This document shows, piece by piece, positions 9,243 to 18,749 of a stretch of DNA of 64,000 bases (within the stretch, counting starts at the first letter, position 1; each line of letters opens with the position of its first letter). The DNA is from Candidatus Latescibacterota bacterium (GTDB lineage Bacteria > Latescibacterota > UBA2968 > GCA-2709665). The notes under the pieces were generated by a model. It did no database searches, was not told the origin of the DNA, and saw only the letters and a list, made by a program, of their open reading frames with translations. The stretch covers positions 128,001 to 192,000 of the forward strand of contig CBDCOX010000002.1 of NCBI GenBank assembly GCA_965219995.1, written 5' to 3'. A program made the position numbers and the translations under genes.

Positions 9243-9875
9243 CTAGGGCAGGTGGAGCATCTTGTGGATCCGGCACGAGAGCCGCCACGAGGGGTGACGG
9301 GTCAGGATATCCAGGGCTTTGCGTATGTACTCGGGTTTGCTCGACTCGGGCTGGAGGTAGACGAATTCGGCGCGGGCTTCCTCCACGACGTCTTCGTGGA
9401 AGGATTTGCCGACCACGTATTTCAGCTCGGTGATACGGCTGAGGCCGCCGGCAATGGTCCTTTTCTTGGGGGAGACCGTCCAGTGCTCGATCAGGTCGTA
9501 GAGTTCCGGGTCCGGATCGACCGCGCCGTTGGTTTCGATGTGGATGTGGTAGTTGGCGGCCCGGAGTTGCCGGCAAAGCGGGCCGATGTTCTGGCCGAGG
9601 GGTTCTCCGCCGGTCAGGCAGACCCAGGAGGCGGTGTGGCGGCCGACTTCGGCCAGGATGTCGCCAATATCGAGCTCCGTGTATGAATCGAATTCGGTGT
9701 CGCAGAAGAAGCAGCGCAGGTTGCATCTGGCGAGGCGTACGAACGTGGTGGGCTGGCCGACGCGCAGACCCTCGCCTTCGATAGAGTAGAAGATCTCGTT
9801 TATCTGCAGCGTCCGGCCGTCTTCGCGCCAGAGCGGCATCCGGTCGGCCGGGGCGGAAGGAATTCCTTCCAGCAT
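9243..9875 (-). CDS. queE: 7-carboxy-7-deazaguanine synthase (radical SAM); start uncertain
   Basis: INEIFYSIEGEG, FVRLARCNLRCFFCDT (CxxxCxxC), LTGGEPL, IETNG, TVSPK, YLQPE. Confidence 0.88.
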   Translation of the reverse strand: MLEGIPSAPADRMPLWREDGRTLQINEIFYSIEGEGLRVGQPTTFVRLARCNLRCFFCDTEFDSYTELDIGDILAEVGRHTASWVCLTGGEPLGQNIGPLCRQLRAANYHIHIETNGAVDPDPELYDLIEHWTVSPKKRTIAGGLSRITELKYVVGKSFHEDVVEEARAEFVYLQPESSKPEYIRKALDILTRHPSWRLSCRIHKMLHLP

Positions 9876-10148
9876 GTCGGGGTCTCTAGGGGACAGGTCG
9901 GGCTCCGGTTGGGCGGGTGTGACGGGATTCCGGCGAACGCAGATGAAATAATGGAAAACAGGGACATGAGACAAGGAAAATCCTTGACATCGTCCACCGC
10001 CCCTTCAATATTGTCGACCGCTCGGGGCATCCATCGTGGTACGCTCCGGTTTTTTGTTGTGAAATCGCCGGGTGTTCGCGCTGCCGCGAGCGGTTCGATG
10101 AAATTATCATGCAGGCTGCGGTCCACCGCGTTACTGGAGGGTCAACGT

Positions 10149-10829
10149 GTGGCAGACAGGACCTATGATGCCATCATTTTCGACGTGGACGGTGTGATCG
10201 TCGATTCCGAGTCGGTATACTGCGATACGTTCAATACCACGCTGGGAGATTTCGGTGCCGGGATAAGCCGAAGCGACTATACGGTCTGCGTGGGCCACCC
10301 CGTGGAAGAGAACAGCGCGTACGCCGTGGAACGATACGGGTTGGACGTGGCGCCCGCCGTATTCCGGGATATCTGGATGGGTCGATTCGAGGAAGCGATC
10401 TCAAGCCCCGGCCGGGTGCTGCCGATGCCTGGATTCCAGGAACTGCTGGCGCACGTCCGTGCCGGAGGATATCCGCTCGGGGTGGCGTCGTCCACGCAGC
10501 GTGAGCGGATGATGAAAACGCTGCGCAGCGGCCTGCTGTCCGGAATGGATGGCGTCCGTGACCCCGCCGAGGTGTTCGACGTTGTGCTGTCCGGGACCGA
10601 CGTGGATCGGTTGAAACCGGCTCCGGACATCTATCTGAAGGCGGCCCGGAAACTGAACGTCGCACCGGGTCGGTGTGCGGTCATCGAAGACAGCGAGGCG
10701 GGGGTGCGGGCCGGCAAGGCCGCGGGAATGACCGTGTTTGCGGTGCCGAATTTCTTCACCGCCCGTCAACACCACGGCGCCGCCGATTTCGTTCTGGGCG
10801 GACTGGCCGATCTGTTGGGGTATCTTTGA
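10149..10829 (+). CDS. HAD-family phosphatase (beta-PGM/CbbY-like)
   Basis: IFDVDGVIVDSE, GVASS, KPAPDIY, VIEDSEAGV. GTG after GGAGG; TTGACA-17-AATATT promoter at 9984-10012. Confidence 0.9.
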   Translation: MADRTYDAIIFDVDGVIVDSESVYCDTFNTTLGDFGAGISRSDYTVCVGHPVEENSAYAVERYGLDVAPAVFRDIWMGRFEEAISSPGRVLPMPGFQELLAHVRAGGYPLGVASSTQRERMMKTLRSGLLSGMDGVRDPAEVFDVVLSGTDVDRLKPAPDIYLKAARKLNVAPGRCAVIEDSEAGVRAGKAAGMTVFAVPNFFTARQHHGAADFVLGGLADLLGYL

Positions 10830-10876
10830 ATCCGGAAGCGAACCCGCGGCGGGATCGGCTGTTTGCGGTCCGGACG

Positions 10877-11599
10877 TCAGGCGTGGGTCTCGGCGTCGTC
10901 TTCCGGGGCGTATCCGAGCTCCTCGCGGGCGTTTCGGAGGTCCCAGTAGGCGCGGGTATTGTTCGATATGCCATAGTAAATGCCGAAGTGAACGTCCGTT
11001 TCGATGCTGCACCGCACGAGTTGAACGGTGTCGCGGTGGCTGAGCCAGGACGCGAGAATCCGGTCGCTCGTTCGATTGATGACCGAATCGGCGGGTTGAA
11101 ACGATCCGATGCGCAGACAGATCACCGAGAGTCCGAAGGCGTCCGCGTAGTACCGACCGAGATCTTCGCCGTAGGCCTTGCTCGCGCCGTAGAAACTGTC
11201 GGGCCGCGCGTTCACCTCGGTCGTGGTACCGATGCCGTTCTTTTCGTAGAATCCGGTAACGTGGTTGCTGCTGGCGAACACGAGGCGGCCGACGCCGGTC
11301 CGGCGGGCCGCCTCGTACACGGTGTAGGCGCCCCGGATGTTGGCTTCGAGGATGTCTTCGAAGGAAGCGTTTCCGTTCGGATTTCCGGCCATGTGGACCA
11401 CGGCGTCCACGCCGTCCACCGCCCGGACCACCTTGTCCAGGTCCGTGATGCCTGAGATATGCACCACTTCGCCGGGTCGGGCCGGCATGACCGTGTTGTG
11501 ATACAGCAGGCTGAGGCGGTAGTCGTCTTTCAATCCCTCTCGCAGAACGCGTCCGATTCTGCCCGCGGCGCCTGTGATGAGGATTTTCTTTTTCTGCAC
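10877..11599 (-). CDS. NAD-dependent epimerase/dehydratase, uronate dehydrogenase-like
   Basis: ITGAAGRIG, FASSNHVTGFY, RPDSFYGASK (YxxxK), CLRIGS, WLSHRD. Confidence 0.85.
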   Translation of the reverse strand: MQKKKILITGAAGRIGRVLREGLKDDYRLSLLYHNTVMPARPGEVVHISGITDLDKVVRAVDGVDAVVHMAGNPNGNASFEDILEANIRGAYTVYEAARRTGVGRLVFASSNHVTGFYEKNGIGTTTEVNARPDSFYGASKAYGEDLGRYYADAFGLSVICLRIGSFQPADSVINRTSDRILASWLSHRDTVQLVRCSIETDVHFGIYYGISNNTRAYWDLRNAREELGYAPEDDAETHA

Positions 11600-11642
11600 G
11601 CGAAGCCCTTCTTCCGTGATGTGGACGGTGTTCCCGTTTTAC

Positions 11643-12479
11643 TTACAGAGGCTTCACGCCGGCCCAATCGGGAAGGAGCCTGGCCGCATTGTTCCAGAGG
11701 ATGTCTCTCTTCGTCGCTTCAGAAAGACCGGCGCCGAGGGTCTTTCCCAGGCACTGCCCGAACAGGCGGACCGGCAGGTCGGACGCGAAAACGACGCGCC
11801 GGCCTCCCAGGGCATCCACGGCGGTTTCGACGATGCCGGCTTCGGGGTCGCCGCCGCCGGTGTCCACCACCAGGTTCGGGCAGTCCACGACGTGTTCGAT
11901 GCCCCTGAGCCCGCATCCGTTGAGGTGGGCCATGATGATTTTTGCTGCGGGGTGTTTACGCGCGAGATCGGCCACGTCCTGCGGAAAGGATTCGCCGGGC
12001 AGGTTGCCGGTGGTCTTGTCCCACGCGTGCTGCAGCACGGGGACGCCGAGTTCGGCGGCGCGTCGCATAACAGGGTCCAGGCCGGCGTCGGTAGCCCGGC
12101 GGGCCACCCAGAGCTTGACCCCGCACATGCGTTCTTCCAGGATGCAGCGGTCCATTTCGTGGACGGACTCCTCGGGAAAGGCGGGATTGACGTAGCAGAA
12201 TGGCAGGAAAGCCTCCGGCGCCAGATCGCGCATCCGCAGGTTGTAGTCGTTGCCGTCCCTGCAGTGTTGCATGGCAGGTTCGTACAGGGGGCGGCCGGCG
12301 CCGGATGCGGGATGCAGCAGAAAGATGCACATCTTCACGATCCCGGCCCGCCCGGCGGCGTCCAGGATCTTCGCGGCGTCGGCCTGGACGGAGGGCGCGC
12401 GCGGGCCGAGCGGGTGGACGTGCACGTCAAGCACGGCGCAGGGCGGTTTCAGTGCGTCTCTCAACGTTGTGAGGTCCAC
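11643..12479 (-). CDS. Amidohydrolase family protein (Amidohydro_2)
   Basis: LDVHVH, GVKLW, VLQH, IMAHL, FASDLP. Confidence 0.88.
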   Translation of the reverse strand: MDLTTLRDALKPPCAVLDVHVHPLGPRAPSVQADAAKILDAAGRAGIVKMCIFLLHPASGAGRPLYEPAMQHCRDGNDYNLRMRDLAPEAFLPFCYVNPAFPEESVHEMDRCILEERMCGVKLWVARRATDAGLDPVMRRAAELGVPVLQHAWDKTTGNLPGESFPQDVADLARKHPAAKIIMAHLNGCGLRGIEHVVDCPNLVVDTGGGDPEAGIVETAVDALGGRRVVFASDLPVRLFGQCLGKTLGAGLSEATKRDILWNNAARLLPDWAGVKPL

Positions 12480-12491
12480 CCGGAACTCCTG

Positions 12492-13244
12492 TTACCAATC
12501 GATGATCCGCTCGGCATTCCCGCCCAGGATGGCCGATGCGTCGCCGTCCGGCAGGTCGGTGACCACGCGCGACAGGGCCGAGTAGGGGATGAAGAGCGGC
12601 GCGTGAGAGCCGAACAGCAGCTTGTCCCGCAGGCCGTCTTCGACCAGCACCTTTACAGCGTCCATGCCATCCGACTGGGAAACGTCCGCGTACAGGTTGG
12701 GCAGGTCCTGGAGTCTGTCCGTGAGCGCCCTGATCTCGCCCGTTCGCGGACCGCCGATGATCACGAGGAGATCGGCGTGGCGTTCCGCGGCGTCCGCGAC
12801 TTCGGCGGCGGGGACGTCGGGTACCTGCGCGAGAGGATGTTGCCGGCGCGGATCTTCGAGCCGGGTCTGGACGATGACTCCCAGCCCGGCGCCGGCGAGG
12901 GACGCGAACAGGTCGGACGCGACGTTCAGGTCGTACCTGGAATAGGCGGGCAGAAGTTTGACCAGCCGGACCCGCGGCTGCGCTTTCGCCCGCTCGAGTT
13001 CGTCGCGCCACGTGGCGATCGTCGGGTCCAGGACGGGAACGGGCCAGACGTCGTCGGTTTCGCCCGAGGCGGTGTAGAGGTCGTCGTTGAAACGATGGGG
13101 GTTGCGGCACCAGGCGGCATCGAGCGGCGAAACACAGATGCGGTCCACGCCGTATTCTTTAAGCGATGCGCGCACCCGGCTCAGGGCGCCATCGACGGGA
13201 TGGCTGGGCCAGTTTCCGGTGTAGGCATTGATGTCGATAATCAT
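12492..13244 (-). CDS. Amidohydrolase-fold protein with degenerate metal site
   Basis: IIDINAY replaces DxHxH; LLFGSHAP replaces FGSD; same TIM-barrel pattern as neighbours. Confidence 0.8.
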   Translation of the reverse strand: MIIDINAYTGNWPSHPVDGALSRVRASLKEYGVDRICVSPLDAAWCRNPHRFNDDLYTASGETDDVWPVPVLDPTIATWRDELERAKAQPRVRLVKLLPAYSRYDLNVASDLFASLAGAGLGVIVQTRLEDPRRQHPLAQVPDVPAAEVADAAERHADLLVIIGGPRTGEIRALTDRLQDLPNLYADVSQSDGMDAVKVLVEDGLRDKLLFGSHAPLFIPYSALSRVVTDLPDGDASAILGGNAERIIDW

Positions 13245-13320
13245 GCAGGTCCTCTCCTGCGCAGATTCCACATCCCGATCATGCCGTTCGGACCAGCCGA
13301 AACGGCCCCCTGGCCGTCGG

Positions 13321-14154
13321 TCAGATGGCTTCGACGCCGGCCCACGCCGGCAGAAGACGGGCGGTGTTGTTCCACAGGATCTCTTTCTTGACGGCGTCCG
13401 GGAGATCGGTTCCCAGCGTCTTGCCCAGCTGCACGCCGAAATGGCGGATCGGTGCGTCTGAGCCGTAGACGATGCGTTCGGTCCCGATGGTCGACGCGGC
13501 CGCCTCGACGATTCCGCTGTCCGGGTCTCCTCCGGACGTGTCTACGTGAATGTTCGGACAGTCTGCGACGTCTTCCATGCCGGCCAGCCCGCAGCCGTTC
13601 ATGTGAGCCATGATGATGTCGGCCTCCGGATGGCGACGCGCCAGGTGCGCCACGTCGGCCGGAAAGGATTCACCCACAAGATTGCCGTCCGTCTTGATCC
13701 ATGCGTGTTGCAGCACGGGAACGCCGAATTGTACGGCCCGTTCCAGGATGGGGTCCAGTCCCGGATCCGTCGCGCGGCGGGCAACCCACAACTTGATTCC
13801 ACACATACGCTCGCGTTCGACGCAGCGGTCGATCTCCGCGACGGATTCGACAGGGTACATCGGATTGACGTAGCAGAAGGGGATGAAGATATCCGGTGCG
13901 ACGTCCCGCATCGCAAGAGCATAGTCGTTCGCCTGCCTGAACGCTTCAACCGACGGCTCTCTCGGGCAGGCGGTGTGCAGGGAAAAGAGGCACATTTTTT
14001 CCACTCCCGATCGCCTGGCGGATTCAATGATGAGGCGCGCGTCTTCCCTGACGTCGGCGATCCTGTAGAGTCCGAAGCAGTCCAGCGGATGAACGTGGAC
14101 GTCCAGGGCCGGGAAGAGCGGCTGCAGGCGGTCCTTCATTTCGGAAGACGTCAT
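13321..14154 (-). CDS. Amidohydrolase family protein, paralog of 11643..12479
   Basis: LDVHVHPL, PFCYVNP, GIKLWVARRATD, VLQHAW, IMAHM, YGSDAP. Confidence 0.88.
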   Translation of the reverse strand: MTSSEMKDRLQPLFPALDVHVHPLDCFGLYRIADVREDARLIIESARRSGVEKMCLFSLHTACPREPSVEAFRQANDYALAMRDVAPDIFIPFCYVNPMYPVESVAEIDRCVERERMCGIKLWVARRATDPGLDPILERAVQFGVPVLQHAWIKTDGNLVGESFPADVAHLARRHPEADIIMAHMNGCGLAGMEDVADCPNIHVDTSGGDPDSGIVEAAASTIGTERIVYGSDAPIRHFGVQLGKTLGTDLPDAVKKEILWNNTARLLPAWAGVEAI

Positions 14155-14297
14155 TGCTTTCTCCGGGATGGAGCGCAACATTTGTGCCGGACACGATCCG
14201 GCGGGCGCTTTTTTCGATAAATCCCTTGCCCCCGCAATTCGTCCCATATATAATTAACTTGTGCGCAAATGTCAGCAGATTTCGGCACGGGAGGAAG

Positions 14298-15050
14298 ATG
14301 AAAGCGATTATCATGGCGGCGGGTTACGCCACACGCCTGCACCCGCTCACCCTGAATTTTCCGAAAGGACTCCTCAAGGTGGGCGCGCGCGCGATTGTGG
14401 ACTATCTGATGGAGCAGATCGAGTCCTTGCCGGGGCTCGACGGGGTCTATCTGATCACCAACCGCCGGTTCGCCGGCCATTTCGAGCGATGGGCCGCGGG
14501 GTGGAACGGCCGCCTGGACGTCGACGTGATCGACGACGGGACCACGTCCAACGAGAACCGGCTGGGGGCGGTGGGGGACATCCGGTTCGCCATTCGCGCG
14601 CGGGCGGTATCGGACGATGTTCTGGTATGCGGATCGGACAATCTGCTTCAATTTCGCCTGCAGGACCTGGTGGCCGACTTCCGCGCGAATCCGGCGGCGC
14701 ACATCTGCGTGGGTCACGTGGAAGATCCGGAGGACCGCAGGCGCCGCGGAATCGCGGTGCTGGATGCAGACAACCGGGTGGTGAAGTTTGCCGAAAAACC
14801 CGATCATCCGGAGTCGTCCTGGGGCTCGGCGGCCATCTATGTATATCCCGCGTCCACGCTGAAGCGGTTCGACGAATATATCGAGAGCGGCCGGACGCCG
14901 GACGCGCCGGGTCACTTTGTGGAGTGGCTCTGCCAGGTGGAACCCGTCTATGCGCACAGGATTCGCGGCACGGCGATCGATATAGGAAATCCGGACACCC
15001 TCGCGTGGGCGAGGCGCGAGTACGGGAGTGCGGGGTCACCAATAGAGTGA
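14298..15050 (+). CDS. Sugar-phosphate nucleotidyltransferase family protein
   Basis: MKAIIMAAGYATRLHPLT..PKGLL, NENRLGAVGD, FAEKP, DIGNP. Confidence 0.88.
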   Translation: MKAIIMAAGYATRLHPLTLNFPKGLLKVGARAIVDYLMEQIESLPGLDGVYLITNRRFAGHFERWAAGWNGRLDVDVIDDGTTSNENRLGAVGDIRFAIRARAVSDDVLVCGSDNLLQFRLQDLVADFRANPAAHICVGHVEDPEDRRRRGIAVLDADNRVVKFAEKPDHPESSWGSAAIYVYPASTLKRFDEYIESGRTPDAPGHFVEWLCQVEPVYAHRIRGTAIDIGNPDTLAWARREYGSAGSPIE

Positions 15051-15064
15051 CTCGTGCAATAACC

Positions 15065-16552
15065 ATGTTTCGACAGGGTCGGCGGATGCGATTCATTCGT
15101 TCGAAGGTTGAGAAGGTGTTCAGGGGCTCACTCGTCCTGCTTCTGATGCCGGTTGCGGCGTATGCCCACAGCCTCGGGGCGGATTTCGACGGGGACGGCG
15201 AAGTCGGCTTTTCGGATTTCCTGCTGTTCGCCGAATCGTTCGGTTCCACGAACGTCCGCTTCGATCTGAATGACGACGGAGATGTGGATTTTAATGATTT
15301 TCTGCTGTTTGCGGCGGACTACGGCAAGGTGACGCACGAAGAGGGGGGTACGGACGTCGGCGGCGTCCGCTCCACGTTCGAGGCGGTACAGGACCACGTA
15401 TTCAATGAAAGCTGCATCAGCAGTTCCTGCCACAGTTCGGCGTGGGCGGCCGCCGGACTTTCGCTCGAACCCGACGTGGCATATGAGCAGTTGGTGGGGC
15501 GGGTGCCGCAGAACGCGAAGGCGCGGGAAGAAGGGATGCTGCTGGTCACGGCGGGGGATCCCGGAAAGAGCTTTCTGATCACGAAGCTGACCGGGTCCGG
15601 GGTGGGGTACGGCGATCGGATGCCCAGGTCGTATTCCAGTCTGAGCGGTGTCGCGATCGACGCGATCCGCGCGTGGGTCGCGGCCGGTGCGCCCCGGGAC
15701 AGCGTGGTGGCGGACGCGCCCGACCTGGACAGGGTCCTGCACAGGACGGAGTTCTACTTCCAGCCGCCCGCGCCGCCCCGTCGGGGAATTCAGCTCCACC
15801 TGAAACCCTTCGCGATCGCACCGCGTTCGGAGCGTGAGATATTCTCAACGACCCGGCTCGGGGTCGTGGAAGACCTGATGGTGAACAGGATCGAGGTGGC
15901 GCAGCCGGAGGGCAGCCATCACTTCATTCTCTACCAGGCGACCGACGAAAACCCGCCCCCGCCTGGCATTCGCGACCTGGATCCGATTGAAGCTCTCGGG
16001 ATCTTCCGGAAACGGTTTGTCGTGGGCAGCCAGTCTCCGAAGGCGGAATTCGATTTCCCCGAGGGCATTGCAATTCCGATGCCTGCCGACGCGGTCTACG
16101 AGCTGAACTCTCATTTCGTGAACACTTCGGGGGAGAACACGATCATCGGCGAGGTCTACGTCAATCTGCACGCCATGCCCGCCGACAGCGTCAGGGAGGT
16201 GGCAAAGCCCATCTTCGTGAGCAATTACGGCATATCCATTCCGCCGGGTCGAACGGAGACCACCTCGCGTAACTGGACGCTGGAGCGCGACGTCAACGTG
16301 ATCATGCTGTCCTCGCACATGCATCGCCATGGCCGCCGTTTCGATATCTTCCTGGGTGAGGAACGTATCTACCGAAGCGAGGAATGGGACGAGCCGGTGA
16401 CACTCGTATTCAATCCCGCGCTCGAGGTCAAGGCGGGAGAGCGGGTGAGGTTCGAGTGCACGCACGAAAACGACGACAAGGACTTCACCATCCGCTTCGG
16501 ATTCACCGCCGAGAACGACGAAATGTGCATTATGCTGGGATATTACTATTGA
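15065..16552 (+). CDS. Exported EF-hand/dockerin-like + cytochrome c-like + copper type II monooxygenase-like fusion
   Basis: Signal peptide ending AYA; DFDGDGEVGFSDF and DLNDDGDVDFNDF repeats; CISSSCH plus RMP; GSHHFILY, NSHFVN, SHMH, NDEMC. Confidence 0.72.
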   Translation: MFRQGRRMRFIRSKVEKVFRGSLVLLLMPVAAYAHSLGADFDGDGEVGFSDFLLFAESFGSTNVRFDLNDDGDVDFNDFLLFAADYGKVTHEEGGTDVGGVRSTFEAVQDHVFNESCISSSCHSSAWAAAGLSLEPDVAYEQLVGRVPQNAKAREEGMLLVTAGDPGKSFLITKLTGSGVGYGDRMPRSYSSLSGVAIDAIRAWVAAGAPRDSVVADAPDLDRVLHRTEFYFQPPAPPRRGIQLHLKPFAIAPRSEREIFSTTRLGVVEDLMVNRIEVAQPEGSHHFILYQATDENPPPPGIRDLDPIEALGIFRKRFVVGSQSPKAEFDFPEGIAIPMPADAVYELNSHFVNTSGENTIIGEVYVNLHAMPADSVREVAKPIFVSNYGISIPPGRTETTSRNWTLERDVNVIMLSSHMHRHGRRFDIFLGEERIYRSEEWDEPVTLVFNPALEVKAGERVRFECTHENDDKDFTIRFGFTAENDEMCIMLGYYY

Positions 16553-16617
16553 GCGGGCCGGGAACGGCCTGCCAGGGAAGGATGAATGACGGAGGAAGAC
16601 CAAGGCGGGCCGGGTCC

Positions 16618-17388
16618 CTACGCGACGTTTCGCATGACTTCGTCGAACAGAGTCCCGTTGGTGGAAATGGCTTCGCCGCCCGCGATGGTCGCGTTTCCAC
16701 TCCAGTCGGTAAAGGTGCCGCCCGCTTCTTCCAGAATGGGCTGAAGTGCGGCGCAGTCCCACACGGCCATAATGGGGTCCAGCATGATCTCGGCGCGGCC
16801 GGTGGCGACCAGGATGTGTCCGTAGCAGTCCCCCCACCCCCTGCAATAGGCGACTCTTCCCGCGAGGTTTCGGTACTCGCCATCCCTGCCGAATTCTGCG
16901 AACGACTCAAAGTCGGTGGCGCACAGGAGAGCGTCTTCCAGGCGTGAGACCGTGGAGACGCTCGCCGGGCGGCCGTTCCAGGTGCAGCCCGAGCCCCTGG
17001 CCGCGCAAACCATCTCGTTCATGGCGGGAAGGTGGACCACGCCGACGGACGGGACGCCATCGATTTCCACGCAGATCATCACGCCGTAGAACGGAACGCC
17101 GTGAACGAACGACTTCGTACCGTCAATCGGGTCGATGATCCAGCGGCGGCCGGTGCGGCCGGCGTGATCTCCAAACTCTTCGCCGACGATGGCGTCGTCC
17201 GGAAAACGGTCCTGTATCAGCCCCGCGATCCTTCGTTCCGCGGCACGGTCGGCTTCAGTTACGGGGCTGTCGTCGGATTTCGTGTCGACCTGGACGCCGG
17301 TCTGAAAGTATCGCAGGGTAATGCGTCCGGCCTGCCAGGCCGCGTGGGTGCTGAAGGCCAGGAGATCCTGAAGAGACGGCTCTGCCAT
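16618..17388 (-). CDS. hisN: Histidinol-phosphatase, inositol monophosphatase family
   Basis: KSDDSPVTEAD, GEEFG, WIIDPIDGTKSF, GWGDCYG, WDCAAL. Confidence 0.85.
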   Translation of the reverse strand: MAEPSLQDLLAFSTHAAWQAGRITLRYFQTGVQVDTKSDDSPVTEADRAAERRIAGLIQDRFPDDAIVGEEFGDHAGRTGRRWIIDPIDGTKSFVHGVPFYGVMICVEIDGVPSVGVVHLPAMNEMVCAARGSGCTWNGRPASVSTVSRLEDALLCATDFESFAEFGRDGEYRNLAGRVAYCRGWGDCYGHILVATGRAEIMLDPIMAVWDCAALQPILEEAGGTFTDWSGNATIAGGEAISTNGTLFDEVMRNVA

Positions 17389-17544
17389 GGGCGTCTCCTT
17401 CCATTCCGGGTGAAACGGATTGTCTCTGTCGGGACGGTTGCCGCCGCCCGACGGTATGGAGGCGGAGTTGCTCCGTACGTGGCTGGAATGTATGCTGGCT
17501 GCGGAAGGAAGTCAAGTCTTCGGCGGCAGTGAGAAGAGTTCCGC

Positions 17545-17573
17545 TTGCATTTTCCGAACGGAATGTCTATATT
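17545..17573 (+). promoter_or_regulatory. Sigma70-type promoter with palindromic spacer
   Basis: TTGCAT-17-TATATT; spacer contains TTCCG-AA-CGGAA. Confidence 0.6.
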
Positions 17574-17579
17574 TGTTCT

Positions 17580-17718
17580 TGGAGGCTGGATCTTCAGGAT
17601 TCAACCTTTAAAAGTGCCTTGAATCTACGGAAGGGTGACCCAACCGGAAGTTATTCCACAGGTTTCTGTGGAACTTCGTCAATAATTTTCGGCGCCTGGT
17701 AGGTTAGGCGCTTTTTTT
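17580..17718 (+). ncRNA. Candidate structured small RNA or leader, about 140 nt
   Basis: Follows the promoter; hairpins GATTCAA/TTGAATC, GAAG..TTCCACAG/CTGTGGAACTTC, and terminator GGCGCCTG/TAGGCGCT plus T7; AT-rich. Confidence 0.45.
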
Positions 17719-17826
17719 ATCCCCATGCGGGGTCTTGCCGGGCCGGGGCGCCGAAGGGTCCTGGCGCACGGAGACCCGGCGGACCCGCGACGGGTCCGCC
17801 CATCGCGAACCGGAAGGGACGAACAA

Positions 17827-18600
17827 ATGCTGAACGTCGAGATTGTGGAACCCGAGGAAGTACGGAAGGCGGCCCGGATCTTTCACCGGGACGGATTTGT
17901 CGTGATGCGAAACGCACTGACGGCCGAACAGCTGGCTTACGCGAGGTCGGGGGCGGAACGCGTTGTCGCGGAACAGACCGCGGTCATTCCGCTCGAGGAC
18001 GCGAACCGCGGGTACGCGCGTTACTCTTTCGGACCCCAACTCCACCACCCGGAATGGGCCCAACTGATTGATTTACAAACGGTTTTTCCGGTTCTGGAAG
18101 CGATATGGGGAAGCAGTGACTTTCACTGCTGGGGCGGTGGAGGAGATTATTCGCTGCCCGGCGCGAAAATCCAGAAACTGCACGCGGATATCACCGACAT
18201 GCTCCACGACCCCCAGGGACGGGTAAACGTGATGGACCTGCCCACGCCGGTTATCGTGGTGAATTTCCCCATGGTGGATTTCAGGGAGATCAATGGCGCG
18301 ACGCGCTATGTCCCCGCCACCCACCGCAACCGGGACCCGGCGCCAGGGCTTGAGGAGGAGCCGGATTGGATGAAGCGATCGATTGTATGCGGACCCGCCG
18401 GAGGGGCGGTGATTCGTGATATCCGGTGCTGGCACGGCGGAACGGCCAACAGGTCGGACGAGGCGCGCGCGATGACCAGTGTGGGCTATGCGGCGCCGTG
18501 GTTTCTGTGGCTCAGAAGGGAGATGCCCCTGCCCCGGTGCGTGTACGACTCCCTCTCGGAACGGGCGAAGGAACTGACGCGATTCATCGTGGAAATCTGA
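17827..18600 (+). CDS. Phytanoyl-CoA dioxygenase (PhyH) family Fe/2OG enzyme
   Basis: FHRDGFVV, LHAD, NGATRYVPATH, CWHGGTAN..R. Confidence 0.88.
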   Translation: MLNVEIVEPEEVRKAARIFHRDGFVVMRNALTAEQLAYARSGAERVVAEQTAVIPLEDANRGYARYSFGPQLHHPEWAQLIDLQTVFPVLEAIWGSSDFHCWGGGGDYSLPGAKIQKLHADITDMLHDPQGRVNVMDLPTPVIVVNFPMVDFREINGATRYVPATHRNRDPAPGLEEEPDWMKRSIVCGPAGGAVIRDIRCWHGGTANRSDEARAMTSVGYAAPWFLWLRREMPLPRCVYDSLSERAKELTRFIVEI

Positions 18601-18709
18601 TCGGGAGGATTTGGGGACCCGGCCCTGATGAGACGGATCGCAGTACACCGGAACATTGGCCTTCGGATTTCTTCGGTGCCTGTTCCCGTCGAACGAAAGC
18701 CAGTCGCAA

Positions 18710-18741
18710 AAGCGGGGCGCAACTTTGGTTGCGCCCCGCTT
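18710..18741. terminator. Probable bidirectional terminator
   Basis: Perfect 14-bp stem AAGCGGGGCGCAAC-TTTG-GTTGCGCCCCGCTT between convergent genes. Confidence 0.75.
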
Positions 18742-18749
18742 GTCTTTCG

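Noticed and set aside
14261-15064. N-terminal 268 aa of the 763-aa ORF
   Set aside because: Overlaps the nucleotidyltransferase in another frame; the real protein starts near 15065-15086 with a signal peptide.
17651-17673. DnaA boxes or replication origin
   Set aside because: TTATTCCACA does not match TTWTNCACA, there is no box cluster, and an RNA hairpin explains the symmetry better.
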